Below, in pieces: positions 32,168 to 41,691 of a stretch of DNA of 46,551 nucleotides (position 1 is the first letter of the stretch; each line of letters begins with the position of its first letter). The DNA comes from Candidatus Fermentibacteraceae bacterium. Lineage in GTDB: Bacteria > Fermentibacterota > Fermentibacteria > Fermentibacterales > JCC-6. A model generated the notes under the pieces. That model was not told where the DNA came from. It worked only from the letters and a program-made list of their open reading frames with translations, and ran no database searches. A program made the translations under genes and the position numbers. Where the stretch lies: the NCBI GenBank assembly GCA_041686025.1, contig JAWLEP010000022.1:1-46551 (forward strand). Reading direction: 5' to 3'.

Positions 32168-34414
32168 TCATGAGTTGCGCAGGGTCCGGGCTGCGGCGCA
32201 GGCCGCCTGACCGGCGGCCACTGCGCCGTCCCCGGCGGGCAGCCGCCTGCCCACCAGGGCCCGGACACCCGACTCCTCTAATCTACTCAACGTCCGCCGC
32301 AGCAGAAGGGCGTTGGCGAAGCAGCCGCCACCCAGGGCCACCGCCAGACCCCGGGGCTTCGCCTCGCGCACCGCCGCGGCCGTCATGGCGTCGGCCAGGG
32401 TGTTGTGGAAGCGGGCGGCCCTGACGGCCGCGGCCGCGCCGTCCTGCAGCATCTCCAGAAGGCCCGGACGCAGGTCCACCACGCCGTCGTCGATTATCCA
32501 CGGGTAGGCACCATCCTCGCCGGGGTCCGCCAGCGACTCCAGCAGCATGGCGGCCTCCGCCTCGTAGGTCATGGCCCGGCCGCAGGCACCCAGGAGGAAG
32601 GACACCCCGTCGATGAGGCGGCCGGCGCTGGAGGTCTGCGGCGACAGCCTGCCGGACTCGGCCACCCTGCGCAGCCGCCCGTCCCGGGGCGGAAGGCCGC
32701 AGGCCAGCAGCAGCGACTCCGCCATGCGGGCGGGTTCCCTGGCGGCGGCCTCTCCTCCGGGCATGGGCACCGGCAGCAGGTGAGCGGCCCTTCGGAAGCG
32801 GGCCATGCCCCCCACCAGGACCTCGCCTCCCCAGACGGTGCCGTCGGTCCCCCAGCCGGTGCCGTCCATGATGAGGCCCACCGCCCGGTCCCCGGGCCCC
32901 AGGCCCTCCTCTGCCATCACCGCAGCCAGGTGGGCGTGGTGGTGCTGCACCTCCACGGTGCGGCCGGCGGGAACCAGCTCTGCCGCCAGCCTGCGGGAGT
33001 GGTAGGCGGGGTGCATGTCCACCGCCAGGACGGAGGCCTCCACCCGGTAGGTGGCCAGGGCCCGCCGGAGGTCGCGGGTCCAGACCTCCTGCACGTCCAT
33101 GTCCTCCAGGTCCCCCACCGGACGGCCCGGGAGGATCTCCCGGCCCCGCATGAGGGCGAAGGTGGCCTTCATGTCCCCTCCGGCGGCCACCACGTCCCCC
33201 GGTGCCTCGAAGCGGACCGGGAGGGTTCCCGGGACCCACCCCCGGGCCCGGCGCACCAGCACCGTCAGGTTCCCCCCGGGCGCCTTCACCGTCCTGGCCA
33301 CGGAGTCGTCCAGGGCGGCGGTGATCTCCCGGCGGTGCAGCAGCAGGGCGTCGGCCCCCAGGCTCCGGGCCCGCCCGTCGTCGGCGATTATGGGCATGGA
33401 CGTGGGGTTGCCGGAGGTCATCACCAGAAACCGGGGCGAGTGAGCCATCAGAAGATGGTGGACGGGGGAGGAGGGCAGCATCAGGCCCACGGTGGACATG
33501 CCCGGGGCCACCTGCCGGCACACAGGGCTGTCTTCCCGGGCCTCCAGCAGCATTATGGGGGTCCGGGGGCTCTCCAGCTCCCGCGCCTCACTGGGCCCTA
33601 TATCGGCGGCCTCGGCCGCCGTCTCCAGGTCGGGCACCATCACGGCGAAGGGCTTGGAGGGCCGGCCCTTCATCCCTCGAAGCCGGACCACCGCATCCTT
33701 CCGGGCGGCGTCACAGCAGAGCAGGTAGCCCCCCACCCCCTTCACCGCAAGCACCGACCCGCCGTGGAGCATCCTCCCGGCTGCGCGGTAGGGGTCGCCC
33801 TCCACAGCCCTGCCGTCGGGGGTTTCCAGGACCACCTCCGGCCCGCAGGCGGGGCAGGCCAGGGGCTCGGCGTGGAAGCGGCGGTCGGCGGGGTCCGCGT
33901 ACTCGGCGGCGCAGTCGGGGCACAGCGGGAAGTCGTCCATGGCCGTCCGCTCCCGGTCGTAGGGCAGCCCCCGGGAAATGGTGTACCGCGGCCCGCAGGA
34001 GCTGCAGGAGATAAGGCCGTAGCGGTGCCTGCGGGCTTCGGGGTCCGACATCTCCTCCAGGCAGTCGGGGCAGGGGGAGAGGTCGGGGGTTAGGCCCGAT
34101 AGCCGGGGCCTTGAAGAACGGCTGCGCCGTATGGAGAAGCCGTCCCCGCCCTCGGCCTCGATCCACTGCACGTCCATCTCCCTGACGCTGGCCGCCGCCG
34201 GCCCGCCCTCCCGGACCTCCCGCAGGAAGCCCCGCACCTCTTCGGGGGGCCCCTCCACTTCCAGCAGCACCTCGCCGCCCCGGTTGAGGGCCCAGCCGGA
34301 GAGGCCCCTGGCCGTGGCGGCCCGGTGCAGGAAGGGACGGAAGCCCACTCCCTGGACCACCCCGCGCACCTCCGCCCGGCAGCGCACAGCGGTACGGACC
34401 TTTCCATCGCGCAT
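32168..34414 (-). CDS. hypF: Carbamoyltransferase HypF
   Basis: GVVQGVGFRPF, CxxC zinc fingers with CGPRY and RRFHAE, KGVGG, QHHHAH, DGTGWG.DG..WGGE. Confidence 0.97.
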   Translation of the reverse strand: MRDGKVRTAVRCRAEVRGVVQGVGFRPFLHRAATARGLSGWALNRGGEVLLEVEGPPEEVRGFLREVREGGPAAASVREMDVQWIEAEGGDGFSIRRSRSSRPRLSGLTPDLSPCPDCLEEMSDPEARRHRYGLISCSSCGPRYTISRGLPYDRERTAMDDFPLCPDCAAEYADPADRRFHAEPLACPACGPEVVLETPDGRAVEGDPYRAAGRMLHGGSVLAVKGVGGYLLCCDAARKDAVVRLRGMKGRPSKPFAVMVPDLETAAEAADIGPSEARELESPRTPIMLLEAREDSPVCRQVAPGMSTVGLMLPSSPVHHLLMAHSPRFLVMTSGNPTSMPIIADDGRARSLGADALLLHRREITAALDDSVARTVKAPGGNLTVLVRRARGWVPGTLPVRFEAPGDVVAAGGDMKATFALMRGREILPGRPVGDLEDMDVQEVWTRDLRRALATYRVEASVLAVDMHPAYHSRRLAAELVPAGRTVEVQHHHAHLAAVMAEEGLGPGDRAVGLIMDGTGWGTDGTVWGGEVLVGGMARFRRAAHLLPVPMPGGEAAAREPARMAESLLLACGLPPRDGRLRRVAESGRLSPQTSSAGRLIDGVSFLLGACGRAMTYEAEAAMLLESLADPGEDGAYPWIIDDGVVDLRPGLLEMLQDGAAAAVRAARFHNTLADAMTAAAVREAKPRGLAVALGGGCFANALLLRRTLSRLEESGVRALVGRRLPAGDGAVAAGQAACAAARTLRNS

Positions 34415-34933
34415 CTAGAACCCAATCAGCGCAGGGACCCGGTATCCGTCCACCACCAGGCGCCCTCCTGAAATGAGGCTGCAAAGCTCCTCCACCGCGG
34501 TCTCGGCCGCCCGGCGCACCGGTGGCGACAGCCCCTGCCCCAGGAACTCCGGAGGGTCGATGGTGATCCCCCAGATCTCCCAGGCCGGCATGGGACCCTC
34601 CCGGAGCCGGGACAGGGACTCCATGACGGAGGAGACGTCGGACTGGTGGAAGGATGGGGAGTAGGCGCGGGGCGCGGTCCTGCCCCTTGCCAGCCTCCCG
34701 GGATGGTCGCCGCAGACGGCGTCCAGGAAGAGGATGGAGGCGGTATCCGGCAGCAGGTCCCATACGGCGTACAGGTCACCGGCCATCTCGGCGTAGGCCA
34801 GGCCGGGCCGGGGGCCCAGCCGTTCCCGGAGGGCCTGCAGCATGAAGATGCCCACGCCGTCGTCGCCCGCCAGCGTGTTGCCCACGCCGGCCAGCGTCAG
34901 CTCTACCCCCGTCTGAATACCTTCACCCTGCAC
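34415..34933 (-). CDS. Hydrogenase maturation endopeptidase (HybD/HycI family)
   Basis: LAGVGNTLAGDDGVG, LFLDAV, SFHQ, GLSPPV; nearest in-frame start is GTG 34933 (uncertain). Confidence 0.88.
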   Translation of the reverse strand: MQGEGIQTGVELTLAGVGNTLAGDDGVGIFMLQALRERLGPRPGLAYAEMAGDLYAVWDLLPDTASILFLDAVCGDHPGRLARGRTAPRAYSPSFHQSDVSSVMESLSRLREGPMPAWEIWGITIDPPEFLGQGLSPPVRRAAETAVEELCSLISGGRLVVDGYRVPALIGF

Positions 34934-35628
34934 CTGCAGCCGCTGTCGCCGGGCTGTGACTCCTCCAGCTTCAGCCTGGCCCCGCCCATCCTGCCGATGT
35001 AGCCGGCCAGGTAGTTGTAGAAGAGGACGCACAGGTCTCCCCCCAGCTCGATGCCCTCCTCCCCGCAGAGCTCCCGGATGAAGCAGGTGCCCACGTCTAT
35101 CTCCAGCTTCTCGGCGCCGTCGTAGGAGGGGGAAAGCTCCCAGGCCGGGGCGAACTGCCTCACCGCCAGGTCCAGGGCTTCCTGAAAGTCTTTGGGGACC
35201 TGGTACCGGGGCAGCTGGGTGGCCAGTGTTCTGCCGGCCATGGTTCCCACGGCGGGAAGGCTCCCTCCCAGCGTATGCCTGAAAACGGAGGCTACGGAGA
35301 GCAGCCTGACCCCCAGGTCCTCCAGGGCCGCCTTCCGCCTCTCGGGGTCGTCGGGGACGTGGGGCAGGGGGACGTTTGGGGCCAGCCTGCTGGCCAGCTC
35401 CAGCGTGTAGGGCTCGTGGTAGTGGTCCTCGGACCTCTCCACGCCCCGGTGCTCTATGGCGTCTGAGGGGCAGATCTCCGAGCAGCTCAGGCAGCCGAAG
35501 CACTCCTTATCGTGCTCCACCACCGGGATCGCCTTCTCCTCGTCGAACTCGAACACGTCGGTGGGGCACTCGTCAACGCAGAGCTGGCAGCCCACGCACG
35601 CATCTTCGTCGATCTTTATCTCGATCAC
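34903..35628 (-). CDS. 2[4Fe-4S] ferredoxin fused to a V4R-like domain
   Basis: CVGCQLCVDECP and CFGCLSCSEICP; C-terminal G..AG..LA...TCFIRE...LC.....YLAGY...G...C pattern of V4R-clan domains. Confidence 0.8.
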   Translation of the reverse strand: MIEIKIDEDACVGCQLCVDECPTDVFEFDEEKAIPVVEHDKECFGCLSCSEICPSDAIEHRGVERSEDHYHEPYTLELASRLAPNVPLPHVPDDPERRKAALEDLGVRLLSVASVFRHTLGGSLPAVGTMAGRTLATQLPRYQVPKDFQEALDLAVRQFAPAWELSPSYDGAEKLEIDVGTCFIRELCGEEGIELGGDLCVLFYNYLAGYIGRMGGARLKLEESQPGDSGCRCRVKVFRRG

Positions 35629-37025
35629 TGCTCCGCCCCCCTCTCGAACTTCCTGACCCTCTTGCCGTTACGCCGCACTTCCACGATCATGGGCATCCTG
35701 CCGGCCACGTGGGTGGCGCAGGCCAGACACGGGTCGTAGCAGCGCAGGGCGAACTCCACCCCGTTCATCAGCAGGTTGTCGTCACCGGTATCGGCGAAGA
35801 GGGATGCCAGGGCCGTGATGCTGTGGTCTATGGCGTCGTAGTTGTTCTGGGTGGCCACTATGAGGTTGGCCCCGGTAAGGCTCCCGTCGTCGTCGGTCTC
35901 GTACTCGTGGATCAGTATGCCGCGGGGGGCCTCCACCATGCCCACGAAGCGTCCGGCTCCCGGCTGGGCCTCCGTAAGGAGATCGCCGCTGACGCCGGCG
36001 GAGGCCAGCTCGCCTATCCGCTCGGCGCAGTGAACCATCTCCACCAGGCGAGCCTCTATGAAGTCCAGGGCCGACTTCCGGGGATGGCCCTTCTCCCGAT
36101 ACGCGGCCAGCATCTCGGTGGCCTTGGGGGTGGAGAAGCTCTGGTTTACGTTCAGTCGGGCCATGGGGCCTACGAAGAAGTTGGACTCGGTGTCACCCCG
36201 CAGGCGCACCGACTTCATGTAAGAACCCTCCATGGCGTGCTCCACCAGGTGGCCGGCGTAGTCTGGGGCCTCGAAGGTCCTGGTGACGTTGCCGTCATCG
36301 TCCATGACGACGCAGGGGGCCTGGAAGAAACTTACCTGTCCGTCTTCGGAGAGGCCGGCGGAGCTGAATGGCAGCTCGGCCGCCTCTCTGATCTCGGCCA
36401 TGGCTTCCAGCTTCTCCTCCACCACGGGGATCATCTCGTCCAGTATGTCCAGGGCCTCCTTGCCCCAGTCGGCCATGCCGGACATCTCTTCGTCGGAGGG
36501 GGATGAGGTGATGCCTCCGGGTATGGAGGTCACCGGGTGAACGCCGCGGCCGCCCACGGTTTCCACCACCCGCTGACCGATGCTTCTCAGCCGCAGGACC
36601 TTCTTCACCACTTCGGGCTGCATCTTGAGGAGGTTGAAAACGTTGCGCTGCTCGGGCGGCGCGCTCAGCCCCGCCAGTATGTCCGGCCCCGTAAGCACGA
36701 AGGTGCTCAGGGCGTGGGAGTGCAGTATATGGCCCATGTACATCAGCTCGCGCAGCTTTGCGGCAGCTTCCGGGATCTCGGTGCGCAGACCGTTCTCTAT
36801 GGCGGTCACCGAGGCCATGTGGTGCGCCGCGGGACACACGCCGCAGATACGGGCGGTGATCAGGGGCATCTTGAACAGCTCCATGCCCTCCAGGAGCTTC
36901 TCGAAGCCCCTTATCTCCAGGACCTGCAGGTGTCCGCTGCTTACCGCCCCGGAGTCGTCTGTGTCGAGGATTATCCTGGCATGACCCTCGATTCTTGTTA
37001 CTGGGTTTACCGTAATGCTCGACAT
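35625..37025 (-). CDS. [NiFe]-hydrogenase large subunit, group 3 (MvhA/3c-like)
   Basis: PVTRIEGH, RGFEK, L1 RICGVCPAAH, VEAPRG, L2 YDPCLACATH followed by a cleavable C-terminal extension. Confidence 0.93.
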   Translation of the reverse strand: MSSITVNPVTRIEGHARIILDTDDSGAVSSGHLQVLEIRGFEKLLEGMELFKMPLITARICGVCPAAHHMASVTAIENGLRTEIPEAAAKLRELMYMGHILHSHALSTFVLTGPDILAGLSAPPEQRNVFNLLKMQPEVVKKVLRLRSIGQRVVETVGGRGVHPVTSIPGGITSSPSDEEMSGMADWGKEALDILDEMIPVVEEKLEAMAEIREAAELPFSSAGLSEDGQVSFFQAPCVVMDDDGNVTRTFEAPDYAGHLVEHAMEGSYMKSVRLRGDTESNFFVGPMARLNVNQSFSTPKATEMLAAYREKGHPRKSALDFIEARLVEMVHCAERIGELASAGVSGDLLTEAQPGAGRFVGMVEAPRGILIHEYETDDDGSLTGANLIVATQNNYDAIDHSITALASLFADTGDDNLLMNGVEFALRCYDPCLACATHVAGRMPMIVEVRRNGKRVRKFERGAEQ

Positions 37026-37061
37026 CTCTCTACGCTCTCTTCCGGATGTATGAGAGACGGG

Positions 37062-37976
37062 TCATCGCTTCCCCGCCCATTCCCTGAGCTCGACTGTAGG
37101 CTTGCGGTACATCACCGGCGAGGAGAGAGAGTAGGCGTAGAAGGTCTTGGCCTCCTTCTCCATGTACTCCCGTATCTCCTTCTCCTCTATGTCGGTGAGA
37201 AGGCTCATCCTTCTGGCCACCATGGTCCGTATGTCCAGCTGAGGCTCGGTGATGATGGAGACCGAAGGGCCGGCACAGCCGGCGCAGGCCACGCCCCTGT
37301 TGGGGCACTGGGCCTGGCATCGGTTGAGGGTCACGGAGCCCAGGCAGATTACGCCCTGGCTGAGAAGGCATACGTCCTCCTCCGGTGCCGTGACCGCCCC
37401 CCTCTTCAGGGAGACGCCCTCCCGCTTCTCCATCCTCCTCTCGCAGTCGGCGCACACGGGCCTGGCCACCATCTCGGGGACGTCTCCCCCCAGGATGGTC
37501 CTGATGGCCAGCGCGATGTAGTAGGGATGGGGCGGACATCCGGGGAGCTGGAAGTCCACGTCGACCACCTCGTTGATGGGTATGACGCTCTCCTCCAGCA
37601 CCGGTACCCCCTGGGGCAGGCCCTCCCCCGCCGCGGAGGTGGGCAGACCCCTGTAGGCCTTGTCCAGTATGGTGTCCCGGCCGTAGAGCCATCCGATGCC
37701 GGAGGGCCCTCCGTAGGAGGCGCAGGTGCCGAAGGCCACCAGCTTGTCGCAGCTCTCCCGCATCTTCTCCAGGGCGTGGCGGTCGTGGTCGCTGCGGACC
37801 GCGCCCTCCACTATCCCGATGTAGGCCTTGGGGTAGCCCTTCTCGTCCATCAGGACCGGGATGCGGACGAACTCCACCTCCTCCACCAGGTTGAGAAGCT
37901 TGTCGTGCAGATCTACCATGGCCACGTGGCAGCCGGAGCACCCGGAAAGCCACTCGGTGGATACCTTCGCCCTCAC
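37062..37976 (-). CDS. [NiFe]-hydrogenase small subunit, group 3 (MvhG-like, three Fe-S clusters)
   Basis: WLSGCSGC, GTCASYGG, PGCPP, distal CADC...CLL.QG.ICLG...C.A.CP...C.GC.GP; no Tat signal; GTG 37976 overlaps upstream stop. Confidence 0.92.
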   Translation of the reverse strand: MRAKVSTEWLSGCSGCHVAMVDLHDKLLNLVEEVEFVRIPVLMDEKGYPKAYIGIVEGAVRSDHDRHALEKMRESCDKLVAFGTCASYGGPSGIGWLYGRDTILDKAYRGLPTSAAGEGLPQGVPVLEESVIPINEVVDVDFQLPGCPPHPYYIALAIRTILGGDVPEMVARPVCADCERRMEKREGVSLKRGAVTAPEEDVCLLSQGVICLGSVTLNRCQAQCPNRGVACAGCAGPSVSIITEPQLDIRTMVARRMSLLTDIEEKEIREYMEKEAKTFYAYSLSSPVMYRKPTVELREWAGKR

Positions 37977-38467
37977 TGCTCCACCTCCTCGATCTCCATC
38001 TCCTTCAGGCATGCGTTGGGCCCGGCATGGATGATCTCCAGGTGGACCCTGGTGCCCGGCATCACCTTCTCCATGGCCCCGGCAAAGACGCCGTGGGACA
38101 TGTAGCAGAGGGACTGCTTCTGCTCGTGGCCGTACCGGAACAGGGCGTTGCGAACCATGCAGGTGGTGAAGACCAGGCGCATCACCTTCTTTCCGTCCCG
38201 CTCCTCGATCAGGGAATCATGCTCTCCGAGGAACGGCTCGAACTCCCAGACGATGCCCCTCTTCTCCAGGGCGTCGCTCAGTATCTTCACCGCCTCTTCG
38301 GGGTCGTCAGTCTGCTCGGTTCCCTCAACAGCCTCCATCCCGAACCTCTTGCCTGCCAGCATTCCTATGGAGAGGCTGCTCTGGCCCAGGTTCTTCTCCG
38401 ACGCGTGGGCCAGCGAGCCGAGCAGAAACGCGACGCCGTGCAGCCTGTCCAGCTGCTGCTGCATCAT
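37973..38467 (-). CDS. Stand-alone V4R-clan (ligand-binding) protein
   Basis: G..AGKRFG, FTTCMVR, LCYMSHGVFAG, HAGPNAC three-Cys pattern; AGGAG RBS before ATG 38467. Confidence 0.7.
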   Translation of the reverse strand: MMQQQLDRLHGVAFLLGSLAHASEKNLGQSSLSIGMLAGKRFGMEAVEGTEQTDDPEEAVKILSDALEKRGIVWEFEPFLGEHDSLIEERDGKKVMRLVFTTCMVRNALFRYGHEQKQSLCYMSHGVFAGAMEKVMPGTRVHLEIIHAGPNACLKEMEIEEVEQ

Positions 38468-38519
38468 CGATCTCCTCTCTCGTCGACGGGCATAGGTCAC
38501 GGAGAGGCCGCTGCCCCGG

Positions 38520-39872
38520 CTACTGCCTATCGGCCTTCAGCGCAAGCATGGCGGCTTCCAGCTTGCCCTTTTCCAGGTAATCCAGCGCTACCTGGAGCTT
38601 GCCGATCTCCGCGGGGCTTGTATCCTTGCTCTGCAGTTGCTCTATCCTGTCGGTCAGGGCCATCTTCAGGGCCCCTATCTGCCGTTCCACGGTGTCCGCA
38701 GACTCCACCATCCGCCGGTAGCGTCTGGAGTCCCGGGGGGCGGGCTCGGGCTCCGGCTCGACGCCCTTCTCGGGCTCCGGAAGGGGCTCCTCCTCCGCCT
38801 GGGGCTCGGGAGGGGCGGCCTCTTCGGGGGCCTGCTCCTCCTCTTCCACGTCCACTACGATGTATGGGGAGGGTCCGCCGCCGGCCTGCCCCCTGCTTCC
38901 CGCCGCCGCCTCGGGCTCCACGTCCGTCTTGGATGCCTTCAGCTGCCTGTCGGCGGAGGCGGCGCCGCTGAGGAAGCCCAGGTGCCTCTTCACCGTATCC
39001 AGGTCCACGTCGTGGTCCGGGCCCAGCATGCGGGCCAGGACCATCCTGCCCGCCGCCTTCAGCTGGCGGACGTTCATGCTGAATGTCTCGGCGATGTAGT
39101 CCACCACCTCGTCGCTCGGCGGCTCCAGGCCGGCGTAGCGGAAGAAGTTGTCCAGGATCTTCCTCCGCCCCTCGAAGTCCACTATGTGCAGCTCTATCAC
39201 CAGACCGGAGGTGAGCCGCGAGAAGAAGGCCTCGTCCAGGTCCAGCAGCCTGGAGGGACTCTCGTCGGAGGCGGTCACAAGCCCGTGCCGGTTGCGGGGC
39301 ATGCGGTTCATCACCGACAGCAGGAAGCGCTGGAAGGGCATGTCGCCCTGGGAGAACTGTATGTCGTCCAGCAGCAGGAGCTCCTGGGAGGTGAGCCAGT
39401 CCCTCAGGTGCCGCTCCATTCCCGCCGTGGTGCAGTGCTGGTACTCGATCTGCAGGTCCACCGTGTTCACCAGCGCCGCCTTCCGGGAGGTGGAGTTGGC
39501 TATGGCGGTGAGCAGGTGGGTCTTGCCCTGGCCGGTTGCGGCATGGATCATCACCGGGGTGATGCTCTTCCATATCCGGGGCACCAGGGCCACCGTACGG
39601 GCGATCTCACAGGGGTAGAAGTTCTCGTCGGTGGTGACGTAGTTGGAGAAGGTCATCTCCTCGGGGTACACGGCCAGCAGGGCCTCCCGGAAATCCTCCT
39701 CGCTGTCCAGGCTGGCGGTAGTAAGGTGCGGAAGGCTTCCCACCCCGCCCAGGGCCCGGGCGAAGTTGATTACCCTCTTCGCGGTCTGCTCGTCCAGCAG
39801 GCCGGTGTCGGAGCATATCTCCAGAAACTCCCTGAAATCGAGCCTGCCCGGCTCTCCGCTCTCGTCGCTCAC
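38520..39872 (-). CDS. DnaA/Hda-family AAA+ ATPase paralog lacking DNA-binding domain IV
   Basis: TFSNYV...EN, Walker A ATGQGKTHLL, Walker B LLLLDDIQF, SRLTSGL, NVRQLK; followed by a Pro/Glu-rich linker and a helical tail instead of RDHxTV. Confidence 0.85.
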   Translation of the reverse strand: MSDESGEPGRLDFREFLEICSDTGLLDEQTAKRVINFARALGGVGSLPHLTTASLDSEEDFREALLAVYPEEMTFSNYVTTDENFYPCEIARTVALVPRIWKSITPVMIHAATGQGKTHLLTAIANSTSRKAALVNTVDLQIEYQHCTTAGMERHLRDWLTSQELLLLDDIQFSQGDMPFQRFLLSVMNRMPRNRHGLVTASDESPSRLLDLDEAFFSRLTSGLVIELHIVDFEGRRKILDNFFRYAGLEPPSDEVVDYIAETFSMNVRQLKAAGRMVLARMLGPDHDVDLDTVKRHLGFLSGAASADRQLKASKTDVEPEAAAGSRGQAGGGPSPYIVVDVEEEEQAPEEAAPPEPQAEEEPLPEPEKGVEPEPEPAPRDSRRYRRMVESADTVERQIGALKMALTDRIEQLQSKDTSPAEIGKLQVALDYLEKGKLEAAMLALKADRQ

Positions 39873-39876
39873 CCCT

Positions 39877-40554
39877 TCAGCCCTTCGAATCGAGTCCTTC
39901 CATCAGCCGGGAGAGCGCCAGGGGCAGCATGCCCATCCTGGTGCCCGGGCCGGCGGCGGCCAGGAGGAAGTCCCCCTCGCCGCAGGGGCCCATTACCAGA
40001 CTGAATCTCTCGTCCTCCACCAGCATCCTGCCCGGAGGCCGGTCGCCGTAGCTCTGCAGAAAAGCCGTCGCCGCATCCACGGCCGCAGGCAGCGAGTCCT
40101 CGAAGTCCGGCGGCATGTCCGACCCGGCCTTCCTCTCGCCGCGGGCGGACAGGATGCACGCGTATACAAAGCGCTCCGAGTCCTCCACCAGTTCCCGCAT
40201 GAGCTGGGACATGGAATCCTCCTCGGGCTCGGCGGCCTGGGCCTTGCGGCGCTCGTCCCGCTCCTTCAGAGCCCACATGATCGTCCTGTGCAGGTCCTTC
40301 TCTATGGTCCTCTCCCCGCTCTCCACATCCGGCTCGAAACGGAACTCGCCGTCTGTCCAGTCCACCACCTGGACCAGCACCTCCTCGCCGGCGAGGTCGC
40401 CCATCTCGGCGTGCACGAGCCGGCCGGTGTCGTAGTAGAAGCGCGCCACTGCGCCCTTCGACTCGATGGTGACCCGCCCGCTGCGCCTGCCCGCGTTGGG
40501 GAACTGCAGCAGGGCCACCAGCCCCATGTCCTTCAGCGTGCCGTTGAGTGCCAT
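39877..40554 (-). CDS. DUF4388 (PatA-N-like) domain fused to a roadblock-like domain
   Basis: MALNGTLKDMGLVALLQ...RSGRV...YYDTGRLVHA...W.DGEFRF; C-terminal YACILSARG...LLAAAG.....G pattern. Confidence 0.8.
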   Translation of the reverse strand: MALNGTLKDMGLVALLQFPNAGRRSGRVTIESKGAVARFYYDTGRLVHAEMGDLAGEEVLVQVVDWTDGEFRFEPDVESGERTIEKDLHRTIMWALKERDERRKAQAAEPEEDSMSQLMRELVEDSERFVYACILSARGERKAGSDMPPDFEDSLPAAVDAATAFLQSYGDRPPGRMLVEDERFSLVMGPCGEGDFLLAAAGPGTRMGMLPLALSRLMEGLDSKG

Positions 40555-40571
40555 TGTCCGTGCGGCCCTTC

Positions 40572-41159
40572 TCAATCCAGCCTGAAGTGCCTTATGACCT
40601 CCTTGCTCACTATCTTCAGCGTATTCATCACCCCCCGGCCCCTGGTGGCCACGGATTCGGTCACCGGAAGGCCGGGGTCCAGACCGAGCTCGCTCTCTAT
40701 CGTTCCCGGCGAAAGCAGCGGGCTCATGTCCCTCTTGTTGTACTGCAGAACCATGGGAAAGCCCTCGCTGTCGTAGCCGAAGCTGGCCAGGTTCGCCTGC
40801 ATCATCCGGAAGCTCTCCAGGTTGTCCTCCAGCCGGTCGGTCTGGGAGTCGGCCACGAAGACGATTCCGTCGGCGCCCTGGAGGATGATCCTCCGGCTGG
40901 CCTCGTAGAACACCTGCCCCGGAATGGTGTAGAGGTGGAAGCGCAGCGAGAAGCCCTCCACGTCACCCAGGGAGACCGGGAAGAAGTCGAAGAACAGGGT
41001 CCTCTCCTCCTCGGTGTCCAGCTCCAGCATGTCCCCCCGGTACCGCTCGGCCAGCGTCCTGTGGATGAAGCGGAGGTTGGTGGTCTTGCCCGACAGGCCG
41101 GGGCCGTAGTAGACGATCTTGAAGACGACCTGCCGCTCATCGAGGTCCAGATGGGGCAT
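40572..41159 (-). CDS. mglA: MglA-family small GTPase
   Basis: KIVYYGPGLSGKTTNL, ERTLFFDF, LYTIPGQVFY..SR, GADGIVFVADS, QYNKRD. Confidence 0.93.
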   Translation of the reverse strand: MPHLDLDERQVVFKIVYYGPGLSGKTTNLRFIHRTLAERYRGDMLELDTEEERTLFFDFFPVSLGDVEGFSLRFHLYTIPGQVFYEASRRIILQGADGIVFVADSQTDRLEDNLESFRMMQANLASFGYDSEGFPMVLQYNKRDMSPLLSPGTIESELGLDPGLPVTESVATRGRGVMNTLKIVSKEVIRHFRLD

Positions 41160-41652
41160 CGTCCTCCTTGCCTACGTTGAAGATCTGGTCGACAAGGTTG
41201 AGGGCGTACTCCCGGAAGTCGGGCATGGAGATATCCTCCCTGCCGGAGGCCTCCTTCTTCTCGGGGGGCTTCTCCATGCTGTCCAGGAGCTTTCGGGCCG
41301 CCTTCCTGGTGGCCAGCCGCACCCTTCCGATGCGCCTGTTGTCCTCGAACACCACCACCAGCATGGAGCGCTGGCCGATGAGGGATATGTGGATGTTCCG
41401 CTTCTCTCCCTGCTGGAGGAGTATGGAGAAGTGCTCCTCGCCCACGATGTTCGCCACCTCCCTTGTGGCGGCGAACATCCCGGCCACCAGCGCGGCCAGA
41501 GCGGTAGCGTTGAGAGACTCGGTCTGCCCCGCGCTGCTGATGCAGACGCCCTCCCGGCTTATCAGGAGAGCCGTAACGGCATTGGTCTCCTTCACAATGC
41601 CCTTAAGGACCTCTCCCGTCCTCCTGGTGTTGGAAAAGCTCCTTGTTGCCAT
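41137..41652 (-). CDS. mglB: MglB-family roadblock/LC7 protein (GAP)
   Basis: ALLISREG, LAALVAGMFAAT..VA..VGE..F..L.QQGE, IGRVRL; directly upstream of mglA. Confidence 0.88.
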   Translation of the reverse strand: MATRSFSNTRRTGEVLKGIVKETNAVTALLISREGVCISSAGQTESLNATALAALVAGMFAATREVANIVGEEHFSILLQQGEKRNIHISLIGQRSMLVVVFEDNRRIGRVRLATRKAARKLLDSMEKPPEKKEASGREDISMPDFREYALNLVDQIFNVGKEDDAPSGPR

Positions 41653-41691
41653 GTGACGGGGGCTCCTCTCCGGCCGCTCCGGTGGCTCTCG

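Noticed and set aside
34934..35503. 362-aa version of the hydrogenase protease, and similarly extended hypA, hypB and hypE ORFs
   Set aside because: Extensions are off-frame overlaps with upstream genes; family N-terminal motifs define shorter starts
35625..37025. Possible [NiFeSe] hydrogenase or group 2 sensory hydrogenase
   Set aside because: L2 motif is DPCLAC with Cys codons and no in-frame TGA; motifs and the cleavable C-terminal extension fit group 3
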